NCBI RefSeq assembly: GCF_964188315.1
Contig: NC_135663.1
Location: 37,448,001-37,512,000 of the forward strand
DNA from: Podarcis muralis
Lineage: Eukaryota
DNA length: 64,000 nucleotides
Direction: 5' to 3'
The position numbers and the translations under genes were made by a program. The notes beneath the pieces were generated by a model. The model was not told the origin of the DNA. It did no database searches and saw only the letters and a program-made list of their open reading frames with translations. Shown piece by piece: positions 37,019-51,039 of the stretch. How positions within the stretch are numbered: the stretch's first letter is position 1; every line of letters begins with the position of its first letter.

Positions 37019-37713
37019 TGTTGCGTGTTCAGACCACAACTTTATTGATTACAGAAAGTGAGTGGTTGCATAGGCTCTGGTTTGACTAGCTCCCTGCCAT
37101 GCAGGTAGCGCTGACCCAGAGTTCCAGCATAGGTCAGCAAAGGGTGAACACCTGGATAAGCAAAAAGTTGGGAACGGACTATGTCCACCACCCAGATGTC
37201 CCCTTGGACTCTGGCATGGGCATAACCCCCCTCTCAGGGGTTGACCAAACCATTCGAAACGCTGGATTCCTTTAACGGAATACCCTTCACATAGGGATGG
37301 CAAGAGCGTTCTTCCATCCCTATCACCTGAACCAGAGCCTATCCACAACCTTACAAGTTGTGACAATTTGCTACGCGGCAGGCGAAACCCAAATGGCAAG
37401 AGCCAATCAGCCAAGTGGGGGGAATTCCTGCTGTGCCCCTGTCCCAACAACAGACGACAGACAACGGCATAGCAAGGTCAAACGCAAAAGCCCTAAAAGT
37501 AGGGAGAGGTGGGCAGGTGTTCCAAATGCACGCACCGAAAGAGGAAGCTCTGGGTCATGTGCATGGGCATATATAGGTCCCTCGATCCGTTAGGACTGCG
37601 TCCCATTGGCCAGATTAAACCCAGCATCAAGGGACCTACCAATCGGGTGTTGTGGCTGACCAATCTTACCCACCCACAACACAGGGGATCGGTTTCCAGG
37701 TCTCACCGCAACA
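37019..37713 (-). mobile_element. Solo LTR (695 bp)
   Basis: Perfect 7-bp inverted termini TGTTGCG...CGCAACA. On the minus strand: three CCAAT boxes (37605-37664), TATATA (37570-37575), AATAAA (37041-37046). No TSD recognised. Confidence 0.8.
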
Positions 37714-40700
37714 CGTGCCCTCTTTAAGGGAAGACACGATTTGCTGATAGTTCAATGGGAATTGTTTCTGAAATAAAAGATTGTACTGGTGCATTCTTGG
37801 CAGCCATCTGCTCCTGCATATATGATAGATGATTCCTTTTGATTCCTTTTACAAAAGTGGACACGTTAAAAACTTTCTGTTTAGTAGAATTTCACTTTTG
37901 GCGGTCTTAAAAAACAACAACTATAAACATGCACATTTCTTAATATAGAAAAGTGTCCAATACACTCAAACATTCAGGACAGGGGAGGATAGAGAAGAGG
38001 AAACTTTTCATTCTTTTATTGTCTCATTCATCTTGCTTCCTTACCTCTATGCAAAGATCTGCATGCAGAAACAAGCTTTCCTGCTGCACATGTCACTTGC
38101 TAGAACCACAGGTATAAATCAGGAACCACAGGTGTAAATCAATGCAATTCCAAAATTGGATCAGGAACGACAGGTAGAAATCAGATGCATACCCGCATGC
38201 ACACGCTCAATCCCCCGTGAATTGTGTTTAGTTGCATTTGTATGTTAAAAGTCAGTACAATGTGGATAAAGCATCTGTACTCAGTTGCATCTCATGCATA
38301 TTTATGGTTTCTGATCCAGCAGCAAGTGATGTACATACAGAAGTCTGCTTATTCGGGAGGATATCCTTAGCTGGATTGGGGTGCTTAGTTTTCAAAAAAA
38401 AAATATGTGGATTGGAGAAGATGCCTGTGACTGGTCTCTTGGCAGCTGCTGCTGCTCCTCTGCTCAACCTGGGAGGATCTGGGAGTGGAGCAATTGTTGG
38501 AGGCTGTAGATCTTCCAGAGTAGAAGAACTGGTCTCAAAGGACATGCAGTTGAGGAGGTGCATTTTCCCCCCATAGTCACCCCCCATCCTTTAAACTGAG
38601 AACTTGGACTCAGAGGAACCTTTTACTTCCCCTTCCCTGTAAGCCTATGCAAGCTTCTTGTTTCAGCCTAACTATGAGCACTTTTATCTGCACAGTAGTC
38701 TCTATTGCCAGTATTCAGAGGTAGCACGAGAGCAGTGCACATGCCATACCCTCCAACATTTCTCTGATGAAAATAGGGACGTCCCATTGCATAATGATCA
38801 TTTCACTATTTGTACCCCACACATCTTACTAGGTTGCCCCAGCCACTCTGGGCGGCTTCCAACACATATTAAAACATAATAGAACATTAAAAAAAACCCT
38901 TCCCTATGCAGGATTGCTTCAGACAGCTTGTGGGTTGGATAACTCCATACTCTCCAACATTTCTCCAATGAAAATAGGGACATCCTAATGAAAAGCAGGA
39001 TATTCCGGGATCAAATAAAAAACCAGGACAGCTTTTCTAAAGCAGGGATTTCCCTGAAAAATAGGGACACTTGGAGGGTCAGACATGCCCTTGGCTGTCT
39101 CTAGTTTTAGATTTTTTTATGTGTGCACATTTTTAAAAACATTATTTTCCTGAATTCCACAGCATGTAGGAACTTACTACTGCCCTGTCCTTTCCATTTT
39201 CTGTCAAGCACATCCACACATAGGAAGGCCCAATGTAAGATTCAGCATTGTTGATCAAGGCCCCAGGTAGCTAATAAGGATATACCCCTACACTGGCCCT
39301 CATATTTTTTAGGCCCTCAGTTTCTCAGCTCAGCCAAAGTTATTTGGGTGGTCTTGGGCCGGTCGTTTGTTTACAGCCTTATTTTATGCACAGGGCAGTT
39401 GTTGTTCTTGTTGTGAAAATAAAAGACTGGGGAAGGAAATCCATGCATGAATGCCATCTTGATTCCCATAGAGGAATATAATAAAATCATTTTTAAATGA
39501 GCAGGAGACAGTCTCAATAATGTATTTTCAATTGTAGTATGTGAAACTGCCCTTTAGCTTTTAGGCCTTGGCTTGCAAGGCCTAAAACATGCAGCAGATT
39601 GAGTGTCATGTGGCATGGAGGGCACACCATCAAAGATGGCTCTGAGATAGGATACTTTAGGCCAGCCTTCCCGGTCTTTGTGCCCTTCAGATGTTTTGGA
39701 TGACAACTCCCATCCTCTCTGACTGCTAGTTTCTTCAGCTAGGGCTGAAGAGCATCGTAGTTCAAATTATCTGCCGGGCATCTGACATTGGAAGGCTGCT
39801 GTTTGCTGTGATAATTTATTTAGGATGCAATACAAAATGGCTGCCTCTTCACAGTCTCCCCTTAGAACTAAAAGAGTCCTCTCTAAGGCAGAGGAACTTG
39901 GAAGTCATTCTCTAGTCTGGCTCTGCATGACTGGTTTTAAAAAGATAGCATTATAATATACTACACAATGAATTTTTGTTAACAGTGGACTGTTATTCTA
40001 GACAACAGAGGAATCTTCATTTTTGAATGCTCCCTCATGTTGTTTGTAAAACATCAGGATCAAGAATGGCAAACCTCTCTCCCTGAAGAGCTAGTTCCCC
40101 ACCTCATTCATAGAGGATACCTGTGCCATGGGACAGTCCATGCTAACAGAAGGCCTTTGCTACCTTGTTCTGCTGGTTGTGTGTTTATAAACACTTAAGA
40201 GCTCTTGTTTTAATAGTATCTGTCCTAACAGACAGGGCATTGTCAATCAACATGTTGAAGAAAGGAGGATGGCAAAAACTGGAGGCGGTTGAAAGATGTC
40301 CATCTAGCCTTTGTAATGACAACAGTGAGAGAAAAGTGATAATGATCTGTAATTGCCCTACACCTTGTCCACCCTTTCAGCTGCACCATACATTTAAAGC
40401 ACAATTATACCACTTTAAGAGTCATGATTTCCCTCAAAAAATGCTGGGAATTGTAGTTTGCTAGGGGTGCTGTTAGAGTTCCCCTCACAGAGTGACAATT
40501 TTCAGAGTTCACTGGGAAGAGGGATTGATTGTTAAACCACTTGTGGAAATTGTGAGGAGGAAGCCATTTAAAGTGCTATCATTATGTTTTACATGTGTTG
40601 TTCTGATATGGCTTCTTGGGCACAGGGAAAGCAGGGCAAGCAAGTGGATATCGGCAACAGTGGTAAGGAGGGAATAATGGCTGCACTCAGGAAGCTGGCT

Positions 40701-41744
40701 GCTGAGGGGATCTTGCACAAAGGCCTCCAAAACATGAAACAGGCATTGCACATAAGATGCTCCTTTACAAAAGGGGTAGGAGTGACTGAGTCCATCTCTA
40801 GTAACTCACACACCATGCACTGTCAGAGCCCTGGAAATACCCAAATCTACATTATGATAATAATGCACATCACACTATACAAGGCAGGCAGGCTACCTTC
40901 CTGTAATAGCCATTTTTCAGATTATATTTGCAAAGTATCTTTGTGAAAAGAAGATCTTGTGCAGCACTACAGGTGAAGGACAGAACAATTTGTTTCACTT
41001 CAGTTTCACAGGTTCAGAGGCTCTTACCTGTATATTCATAGCAAAAAGAAACATTTGCATGACATTTCACAGAGTAACAGTATACTTCCCTGCACAAGAT
41101 TATCTTTGGATGTGAAAGTCATGTGCGAACTAGTTCTGCGTATAGAGCTATGCCATATTTTGGCCCTTCTGAATACAGAAGCTTCTATCTCCTTGATTGT
41201 CCGTTTAATTAGAGACAGCTATCACAAGGGGTGATGGATCAAGTTTAAGCCAGACAGGAAAGTATACTCTGAAGTGGGAAACACATTGGGAGATGCCACC
41301 TTGATACCCCACTACATAAATAATGGGATACCAAGGCTTCTGATCAGTAAGTGCAACACAGCAAGGGAACTGCAATTAGAACATCGGTGACCCAGTTGAT
41401 ATTCTTGTGTCATCCCATGCTGGTTAGAGATATGAAAAAAAAGTAGCCTGATGAATATTTGCCTTCATTATCATTATCTTGTCTAGTACTTTCAAGTGTT
41501 CAGAGTGCTTTGTGAACATTATTTAGATGTAGCCCTTGCGACAACCCTGCCAGGTAAGCCAGTATTATTTATATTGCAGAAGGGGATGGGGGATGGGACT
41601 GGAGTTGCTTACCTAAAGCAAAGGTGGATCTAGGGGAGTGCATGAAGCTTCTGGGGTGCTGCAGGGGGTGCCACAACTATGACATCCAATGGAAGGTAAG
41701 AGGCAGGGGGACGCACACTGGATTTTAGCAATTGCATAGGGCAC

Positions 41745-42037
41745 TGTTATGTACTGAAGTTCTCACCCTGGGCCAGCAGGGGGATATTGTAGATAGTTAT
41801 GCAAATGAAGGATTGAAAGTGACGTTCAGTGATTGGATAGTTTGTATGCAAATGAAGGATCGAAAGTGACGTTCAGTGATTGGCTAGTTACAGAAAATGG
41901 TTACTGTTGCATTCTAGTGGAGCTCTATATAAGCAGGCTGACTGAGCTCCTCAGTTCAGTTCTGTTCCAGCTTACAAATAAAGAGCTGCTTTGGAAGAAT
42001 CGCTGTGTCGTCTGATATGTTCGCCCACAACTTAACA
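41745..42037 (+). mobile_element. Solo LTR (293 bp)
   Basis: TGTTA...TAACA termini, 5-bp TSD GGCAC, TATATAA 41926-41932, AATAAA 41977-41982, 47-bp internal duplication. Confidence 0.9.
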
Positions 42038-43739
42038 GGCACCACTGAAATATTAGACGCCAAGGACTGCCACTGACCTAAAGCCATGAACTACCTTAAG
42101 TTCTGTACGTAACCCTGCTGAAGTCAATACAAAATAATGATTGCATATTCCTTCTCCTTCACATGTAGAAATTTAACACCTGCAGTGTACTAGTAAGCAG
42201 GTTGAGAATTAATATACCAATGTTATATATAGCTAGTTCAGCCAGCACTTGAAAACTACTCATGCGTAGGCAACCTAGTCAACTGAAGAGGGGAGACATC
42301 TTACCCAGCTGTTTCTGACTTTTAGTAATTAATAGGATCCTCTGGGCAAGAATATATTGTTTGTTTGTTTAAAAAACCAAACAAAATAATAATAAATAAA
42401 ACCATAAAAAGTTAAAAACAAAAATAAATTAAAAACAGGAAGAAATTTACATGTGTGTGTCTCCAATGTAGCCTCATTCTTGAGCATTGTGGAAATTTAA
42501 GTGATGCTCTCCCATGACTCTGAGACTCCCACAAAGTTCATATTCATCTTCCACAGTGATGCCACATTGGGGTCATTCTAGAAAACTAAAATGGTGGCAC
42601 AGCACTGCTGCCTAAAAAGTCTACTAGGGAGGCCCACAGATGTACAAGGAAGCCCACCAAGAGTGTTTTCTCCATCAAGCATGAAACCAGCCCTGCACAT
42701 TGTATTATTAGCAACCTCATACTGAATTTGTTTAACCGAACTACATGTTTTCAGAGTTCATTCTGCCACTAGGGGCATATATTGTCACCTTCCCTCCAAC
42801 AAGGGCAACCTAAGAGTATGGATTCACTCAGGGATATGAAGTTGTCACCAGTATATTACTTCTAGATCCTGAGGAAGACTCTGCGGGGGGGGGGGGGACC
42901 CAACTCTGTGTGGTTCAGGAAATTTTTTTACCAGGAGGACTTCTCCTTTCTGTAACGTTATTCTCCCTTCAACTCCCCACAGATTTCTGTAATAAATTAA
43001 TGCTGACACTGTTGGTACTTGTTTACAGCCCACTGGTTTCCTTTCCACCATTTGAAACCTCCTTTAGGACTTTTGGTGGTAGAAACTGTCAAAGACACCA
43101 TAGGACAATGTCATAGCTTCCTTGAAAAACTGTAGACCCATGGAAGAGTAAGATGGGAATTAGTGGTGTGCAGTACACAGCATATCCGAGTGAAGTGTTC
43201 TGCCACAGTAAATAGAGATTTGTTTTTTAAAAAATTAAAACAAGCCTAGAAAGTATAAAACCACCATTTTGTACAACCTTTCTGAACTTCCATGAAAGGT
43301 AATTATTAATCACTGACTGTATTTAAAACTAGGTTTCCATAACTCTTTTTGGGCTGTAAGAATTTGAAAGCTCTGTCCAAAACGTGACCTTAGCTCCTAG
43401 GGTAAGGAACTAGAAATTAACCGATTTCTACAGGGACCATTCTATTAACTGTTCTGTATGTGTAGTAGTAGTAGTAGTAGTAGTATTGCCATTATTTGTT
43501 ACTATCCCAATAACTCATGGACTCAGTTGGTCAATGGACTCAGAACTCATTTATTTTAGTGTACACACGTGTGTATCTGTCTCTCACACACAATTTTATA
43601 CCAAAGCAACTCTTGGCAAATTCTGCCCAAAGAAAAGCCAGATACAATATCTATTTATTAAAATGTTTGTATACTGCTATATCATAAATAATATCAAAGC
43701 AATTTACAGTGATATCTATAACTAATAAAAACACATACA

Positions 43740-44055
43740 AAGTTTAAACTGAAGACAATCATTTAACAATTATGGAAATATATTTTCTTAATTGTCTGCA
43801 TAAGCTGGGTGTTTAAAGCCTGCGGAACTGCTCTGAAAATCTCTGAATTAGCATTTCATTCCACAGGACTCACAGGTCACATTAAAGGCTCTGTTTCATG
43901 TTGATGTCAATGAGCCTCACCAATTCAGGGGGTGACCAGCAACATTCCTTCAAATGATCTCAGTGATTGCACTGGGATTTAGACAGTCCCTAAGGTATCC
44001 TGGACCTAAGTTGTTCAGGGCTTTGAGAATTAATTCAAGGCCCTTGAACCTGCAA
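43740..44055 (-). mobile_element. Old L2 3' fragment
   Basis: CCTAAGGTATCCTGGACCTAAGTTGTTCAGGGCTTTGAG is homologous to the 3' L2 region at about 63930-63960. Confidence 0.55.
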
Positions 44056-45902
44056 AACAGTTGTAATGCAAAATAAGCCAGTATTAAAAATTTGCTCATA
44101 CTGTACGTAGGATGCAAGACTGCGATGTTTAATAAATTAATTGGTTAGATTAATAAATTAAAGGCTTTCTTAATTTACTAAAGAGGCAACAAGACAGCAG
44201 ATTTTCACAAAGGGTCAGATCCAACACTGCTGTTCCGCTAGTGTGGCAGACTTCTGCTTGTGGAATGGAAAGTCCCCTCTTCTTTCCTGCAGCTCCCTAT
44301 GCATCCTCAAAATCTGCTGCAAGGGGTTGGACAACCCTACTGAGCAGATCTGAGGGCACACGCAGAGAAGAGAAGAAGGAGAAGACCTGCTGCACAATAG
44401 TAACTCCTTGCATGTAGTGTTGGATTCAGCCTATAATAATTATTAATAATAATAATAAAAGTATTATAAAATGTGCAGGTGACAAGAAAACCTTAAGTAT
44501 GGTGAGCAGGTGAAGAAGAAGAAGATAGGATTCCTGCATCTGTAGTAGTCATGAGGAAGAAGAAATTTCTGCACCTACAGCTGCTAAGATTCCCTTAATA
44601 CACAACTATCAAAGGTGCAGGAACACTGTTCTCTTTTTTTTTACCTGCCCACTCTAACCTTAAATGCCACATTCCCCATTTTGTCTCATGCTGTTTCAGA
44701 TGAAGCCTGCTACATGTATTTTCTTAAAAAGACAAATATAAGCAGATGAGTGGCCATTTTGCTAGGTTGACCAGGTTTTACCCAGATTTTAGCCATGCCT
44801 TCCTTTATTTATTTATTTATTTATTTATTTATTTGAAAACCATTTCTCTGCCCCTTATAGAAGCTGAGAGGTAAAATGAGGTAAATATGAGGTAAAATAT
44901 TATTGTAGCTGGGGTACCAAAGTCTGTTAGCAAATATTAGAAAAGAAATAAACTGTAGTATTTAGATAATATTTGGGATATGCAGGGGAACTACAAGCTG
45001 CCTTTACAGAGGGCTCTCCTCTCTTTGAAGAAATTGTGAAGACGTTTTATTCAAATGAATCTTCTTTCAGAAAAGGCTGTCTGGTCCACATCCAGTTTAA
45101 AGTTAAAGAACCAAAGGAAGGGGGAGAGAGCAGCATCCATGAAGTTGCTCAACAGTCCACACACATGGATCACCTGGTCACTGTCTTATCCATGATGGTG
45201 AGATGTATTTATATTAAAATTAGAGTAATTCTGTCTAAATTTGCACCTCTACACCATAAATTAACACATGTAAATTTTATGCAAATCTGCACCCTCTTTT
45301 GTTCTCTTTTTCAACGATGCACTTCATCTTTCCTTGGCAATGCATAAATGACCACCACAGGCTGTTACTAGCACAAGGTCATTCAGTGAACTGAACAGTT
45401 AAGTGGGCATTTGAACTTGGGTCTCCTCGGCCCTATGCTGACATTCAGACCACGACACCGCACAGGCTCCTCTGACTATACAGATACATTCACTGGTTCA
45501 GAGTCTAATATGGGTGGATGGTACTGTGTTACGAAGGCCAGAGCAGTTGTCACAGCCTGTGATTTTACTGACAACCCTATGACGGGTTCAACTACCCAAA
45601 GGCTAACTTACAGGAACTATGACACACATGGTCTCTTGCAGAAACCTGAGGATAAATGAACGGGAATTAGAAGCATTTTCCTCTAGAAACAGAGTGCTCA
45701 TCTACCTTAATAGTTATAATATAGTTATAGCATCTTGGGCTTATATTGCTTTTAGTCTAATCTATCACTAGGGATGGGGAAATCTGTCAATTTTGGTTTC
45801 TCTCAATTTCTCATCTTCAAGTTCAGTTCTCCATATTTTCACACCAGTTTGCAACTTTTTTGAAATAACAAAGCCCTCATGAAAATTCATCCATGAATTT
45901 CT

Positions 45903-45944
<42 letters not shown>

Positions 45945-46434
45945 ACTTTTTTAATGCAATTTGTCAGATATTCACATTTTTGCAAAGCAGTTTCCCTGAA
46001 TATATTTCCCCAAATACATCATTAACTTCTGATCACTAAAATATGCAGTGATACGCACACTTTACCCTAGTATAAGCATTTTTTGTAACACATTGCAGGG
46101 CTTACTTGATGAGAGAACTACATTACAAAATTCAGAGAAGAGTAAATTTAGAAGAATGGCTGTGTTTTGGTTGGTGTATTGTTTCAGAAAGTGCATGTTA
46201 ACCTGGTTTCCCATTAAATGTGAACTGCTATTTCTCCCCCCATCCTTATTTATCACACAAGACTGTACAATGACGAAAAATGTCCCAAAGTCCCATTGTA
46301 CAAGATTGTACAAAAAGGAAAAATCCCCAAATACTGAGTTACATGTTGGTGTGAGGTGAAGAAGCATGGCCACCTGCATTTCCTGGCCCTGCCCCTTCTG
46401 TCAATCCTTGCTCACTTCCCTGTCACCATCTATA

Positions 46435-46660
46435 CAGTGGTACCTCGGGTTAAGTACTTAATTCGTTCCGGAGGTCCGTTCTTAACCTGAAACTGTTCTT
46501 AACCTGAAGCACCACTTTAGCTAATGGGGCCTCCCGCTGCTGCCACACTGCCAGAGCCCAATTTCTGTTCTCATCCTGAAGCAAAGTTCTTAACCTGAAG
46601 CACTATTTCTGGGTTAGCGGAGCCTGTAACCTGAAGCGTATGTAACCTGAGGTACCACTG
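46435..46660 (+). mobile_element. Tigger-like MITE family B
   Basis: TA|CAGTGGTACCTCGGGTTA ... TAACCTGAGGTACCACTG|TA. Confidence 0.9.
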
Positions 46661-47139
46661 TACATTGGAAGGACTGAAGCAGCAAGCCTGCTGCATACCT
46701 ATAGGCTCATGCCTATAGTTTAGAATCCTGCTCATGCAGCACTATAAATTGCATGGGGATCTTCTGTATGAGGGCATCAGGATGCAACAGTGGGGGGGGG
46801 GGGTAAGGCTGCAAGTGTGAACCTGCTCTCTCCATGACTGTAATTGCTTGAGTGGAGAAAGCCTAACAAAGATTCGAGTCTACTTTAAATTTAACCAGTT
46901 GGTACCAGAGATGCTAAAAATCCAGCTTGCTTATCCTTGCCCCTCACTCCACCCTCAGCCACCCTGACCACTTTTCACATAAGCCCTAGAGCAGGAACTA
47001 GTTATTCCTAGTCAAAAACGACACCTTTGTGTATGGCATTTTATGTCACACAGTAGATAGTTGAGGGGAGGGTGGAAAATAAGGTTTGGGTATGTCTAGG
47101 AAGAGATGGCAGAAAACTGGGAAAGGTTCTGTAAAGGGA

Positions 47140-47260
47140 AATTCATTCTTCTGTTACAAATGGAAAATATGACCAAAGTGGTCAACAAAAGGGGAACTGA
47201 ACAACATAATTTATATGGCCTTTCAAAAAGTCTACGACAAGTTCCTCACAGGAGGCTAGT
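47140..47260 (+). mobile_element. CR1 RT fragment
   Basis: IIYMAFQKVYDK then (frameshift) VPHRRL, like the CR1 motif IYLDFQKAFDKVPHRRL. Confidence 0.6.
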
Positions 47261-50200
47261 TTAAAAAAACACTCTAATGGGCCAGAAACAGGTTGGAAGG
47301 CTGCAAAAAAATTTTTTTTAAAGGGAAAAGCAGCAAGGTTTTTTTAGCTGACAGAAACAAAACAGAAATCACCAGAACCCATCTAGACAATGCACTCCTG
47401 CGTGTCTGCAGTTGGGTACCAAGTGATTTTATTTGGGATTTACTTCCCCTGTTCAGATTTTTTCCAGATAGGGAAAATCCAAGTATATTGTTGAAATACT
47501 AAAGCGTACCAGTTGAATAGGGAAAACATCATGTGGGCAACATCCAAAAATCAAATGCAGTTTCAAATCTACATTAAACTTCTGTGCGGTTAAGGCCTTT
47601 GTCCATTTCATTTGTACTTTCAAAACATTAGAGGTAAAATCGACAAGGCTTTCTTATTTCATTTTTATGTAACATGATTTTTGAGTGATATTTGGATAAC
47701 ACAAAATATGGTATTGTCTTGCCATGTGTTTATTGTAATTCTCTTTTTAAAAAGACAAGCCCCTCCTTAACACTGTGCACTGAAGAACTGGAGAGAGGGG
47801 AACAGTTGATTAACAGCAATAGGAACTGAAGCAACTAATCAGTGATAATGTTTATCTCCAAAGTTTAAAAAGCATTGCTTGTTGGTTTATGCATATCATA
47901 GCTCTACTAAAAAGCTCCACGCCCCTTTTTCAACTTCTTATCAGCTGGCAATCCCAGCTTAAAAAACTCAAAGGCTAAACAACTTTAAGAACTATTTTTG
48001 CCAGTTTGCTGCTGGACTCAGCTCAAAGTTCTTGAATTAATTCACAAAGCCTCAAACAGCTTGGTCTCAAAGCACCTTGAAAATTGCCTGATCCTTTATG
48101 CTTCACCTTGGTCACTGAGATTCTCTGATGGGGCACTTTTGCGGTTCCCCACACCCCTGAGGTTTGGTCAGCCTTTATTAGGGACTGAGCCTTTAGTGTG
48201 GCAGGGCTTGCTGTTTGAGTTGCTACAAGCGGAATGCCTGAGCTGGACCTTATGCAGAGTAGAAATGAATGAGCTCCACCACAAGAATGCATTCCAAAAG
48301 GTTTTACTACTGCAAAACTGCCTTAAACTGCTTACAAAATAAAACATTGCAAAAATACAAAGTAACAGTTTGCTTGTCTATCTAGTCCTTAATACAGTTT
48401 AAGAAACTTTCCTCTCCCTGGCCCCAAAGAACAATCCTATGCAATCATCTTGCTTGTTCATCATCGCTAAGCTGAGCTTCTACTGCTGTTGACTCCAAGG
48501 ACTGACTAAGACACTGAGTTCTCTACATAACCTTTTTTTTTTAACCTCAGTGCATACAAACATTACAATTTATGTGCATTAAGCTTATATATTTAACACT
48601 TGCCCTGTAGAAGTCCTTGCCAGCAGAAGTTCAGCAGGAATCATCCCTGCCTTCTTTATATCACCTAAAAATAGGGTTATTTTGAAATACTTTGAAATAC
48701 TTTGAAAGACTTTGAAATACAAATTATTTTTTAACCAACAAATATTTATAGATGTCCATCCCTGCTCTAATATTTTATTGTTGTTGTAACTTTTGTATGT
48801 TGTGCATTGCCTTGCTGTAGTTTTACAAAAGTGCAGTTTGCAAATATTTAAATAAAGAAATAAGTTTTTATGATTGCCAACTGATCAGAAAAAGCAACAC
48901 AGTCTTTTCCCTACTCCTCCCGTATAATTGTAGCATTATTTCACCATGTGAACCTAAAGGTTGCCAACGGCTAAAGTATGCACAACAAGCTGCTACACTG
49001 GTCTGTCAAAAAGTTGACAACCCTGTCACTATGTGCCTACTGAGCTATAGCTCATTCTGTTCGTCGGCAAGAAAGTAATACTCGTGGCATTGCTGTTCCA
49101 ACCCTATTCTTCTCCTAGGAAAAACTGGGCATAGACATCCATTTCCTTTTACTACACAACCGCAGCCCGTTTTTATTTGTGGCACATTCTTGCCCAGCTG
49201 CTGCTGAAACCTCCTGGTTTGGTTTGGTTTGGTTTGGCTCATTGGACACCTGGAGCCAATTAAGCGGCCTGGCTGAAGCTTAACCCCCCCCCCCCCCGCC
49301 CAATGTACTGCCACTTTCTCCATATATCCTTTCTGACGGAGAGGGCAGGGCTATGGAAGAAAGACTGAAAGGATTACAAATGTCTCCGGCATATTACTTT
49401 TTACTATTTTCAGGGTGGTGCTTGTGTGTGAGGAGCAACTCACAGTTCTAAGTCTCCTGTGCATATTTACTCAGAGGTAAGTCCCACTTTATTCAGTGGG
49501 ACTGACTTCCAAGTAAGTAGGCATTCTGAGTAAGCATTGTAAGGCAATAAAAGAAAAGGCGCTACTGTTCTTATGGCACCAAAACTCAAATATTAATTTG
49601 GGAAATGTGCTACTATTAGTTGTAGGGCACCATCTTTTCTTACACTAAATTTAGAGGTATCTGTATTATAACAAAAACATATAGTTACTGCATTTTGCCT
49701 CGCCCTGCTATAATAGGACTTTCCAGAAACTGAATTTACTTGAATTCACAGAGTGGTTTGAAGGTTGTAAATTCAGTTCCGAAAGCTGTTTGCAGAGAAA
49801 AGAAAATCGTCTTCTCTTGTAAATACTGTACGCCTTTTAGCTTGTTGGTTAGGTAAGATTTCTTTAACTTTGCTCCGATCAGGAGGAGCCAAAGCCCATA
49901 AATGACTGTTAGCAGAGTGCTGGCAGGCATACGGAAGACGCATGTGTTTTCCCTTTAAGAGTGGTCAGCTGAGGGGGTGTTGGCAGCATTCCTCTGACAA
50001 TCCCAGCCGTGTGTCTGTGTCACCATTTCTCTCCTTGGCATGCTTCTTCAAGTCAATGTATTAAGTTTAGAATGGTCTGTGGTTGGTTCCGAGGGGGCAG
50101 AGGGTGCCTCCTTGCATCGGTTTATGTCTTTAGTCCAGAGAGGCATCTTGCTAAACTGCTGAGTCTGAGTCTCAACTGTGTGGAAAAATGCATGGCTCCC

Positions 50201-51039
50201 AAATCGGTCCTTGGCAACACAGCCAAGATGAAGCAGCTCATACATTTTCCTGCACTGTGTGCACAACGGAATTCTCAAGAGGAGAATTCTCTCCTAAAAC
50301 TTGAATTTCTCAGTCACCCTCCAGAAAGGATTTGACTCTTTTTCTAGTTCCCGTGTAGAGAGTGCTATTAATTAAAGGGCAGGCGGGGGATGGAAACACA
50401 GAGTCAGTGTTTTAATTTTTGAAGTGGACAGATGCCGGGAGATGAGACCGCCTGGAAATATCTAATTCTAGGTATGTAGGCTATTGTGGTTACTCTCCCG
50501 CAGTGATGAGGAAAAGCATTCTACACATCCGTGGTTTGTTTTTGCTTCAGATGTTCAAGGGCCAAGTGCTGGCATTAAAAAGAGGTTCCATTGCTGAGCC
50601 TTGGCTCAGATTAATCCCTGAATAGAATAAAAATAAGTTTTCTTTGGTTAGGAGAACGAAACAGTTTTGGCATATGGTGATATTAATTGCTGTTTCCTGG
50701 CTGGATTTTTTATTTGTTAACTGAGTCTAAATACATAACAAAGAGTACTCCATTTTATTCAATGCAAAAGGAAGCATTTTGCTTCAAAAACAGAGAACGT
50801 CTAAAGGGCTAAATCAAACAAATAGGGCCCCCTTGGTCTTCTGGAGTAAAAATATAGTACGTTGCCAAGGGAATTGAGCCAGTACTTTATTTGCTTAATC
50901 AGAGTTGACTGTCACAGGCATTGGCTTCATTTAAGTTAGGTAGGCCTCAGCTTATTTGATGACCTGGGCCAGAGGTTTCTGAAGGAACACTTTCTCCATC
51001 ATGACCCCCCCCCCATTAGAAATAGGAAAGCCATTGTGG

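Noticed and set aside
38101-38182. Short 20-bp repeat (GGAACCACAGGTGTAAATCA x3), and a 10-bp repeat at about 48682-48720
   Set aside because: Ordinary local slippage duplications with no further structure.
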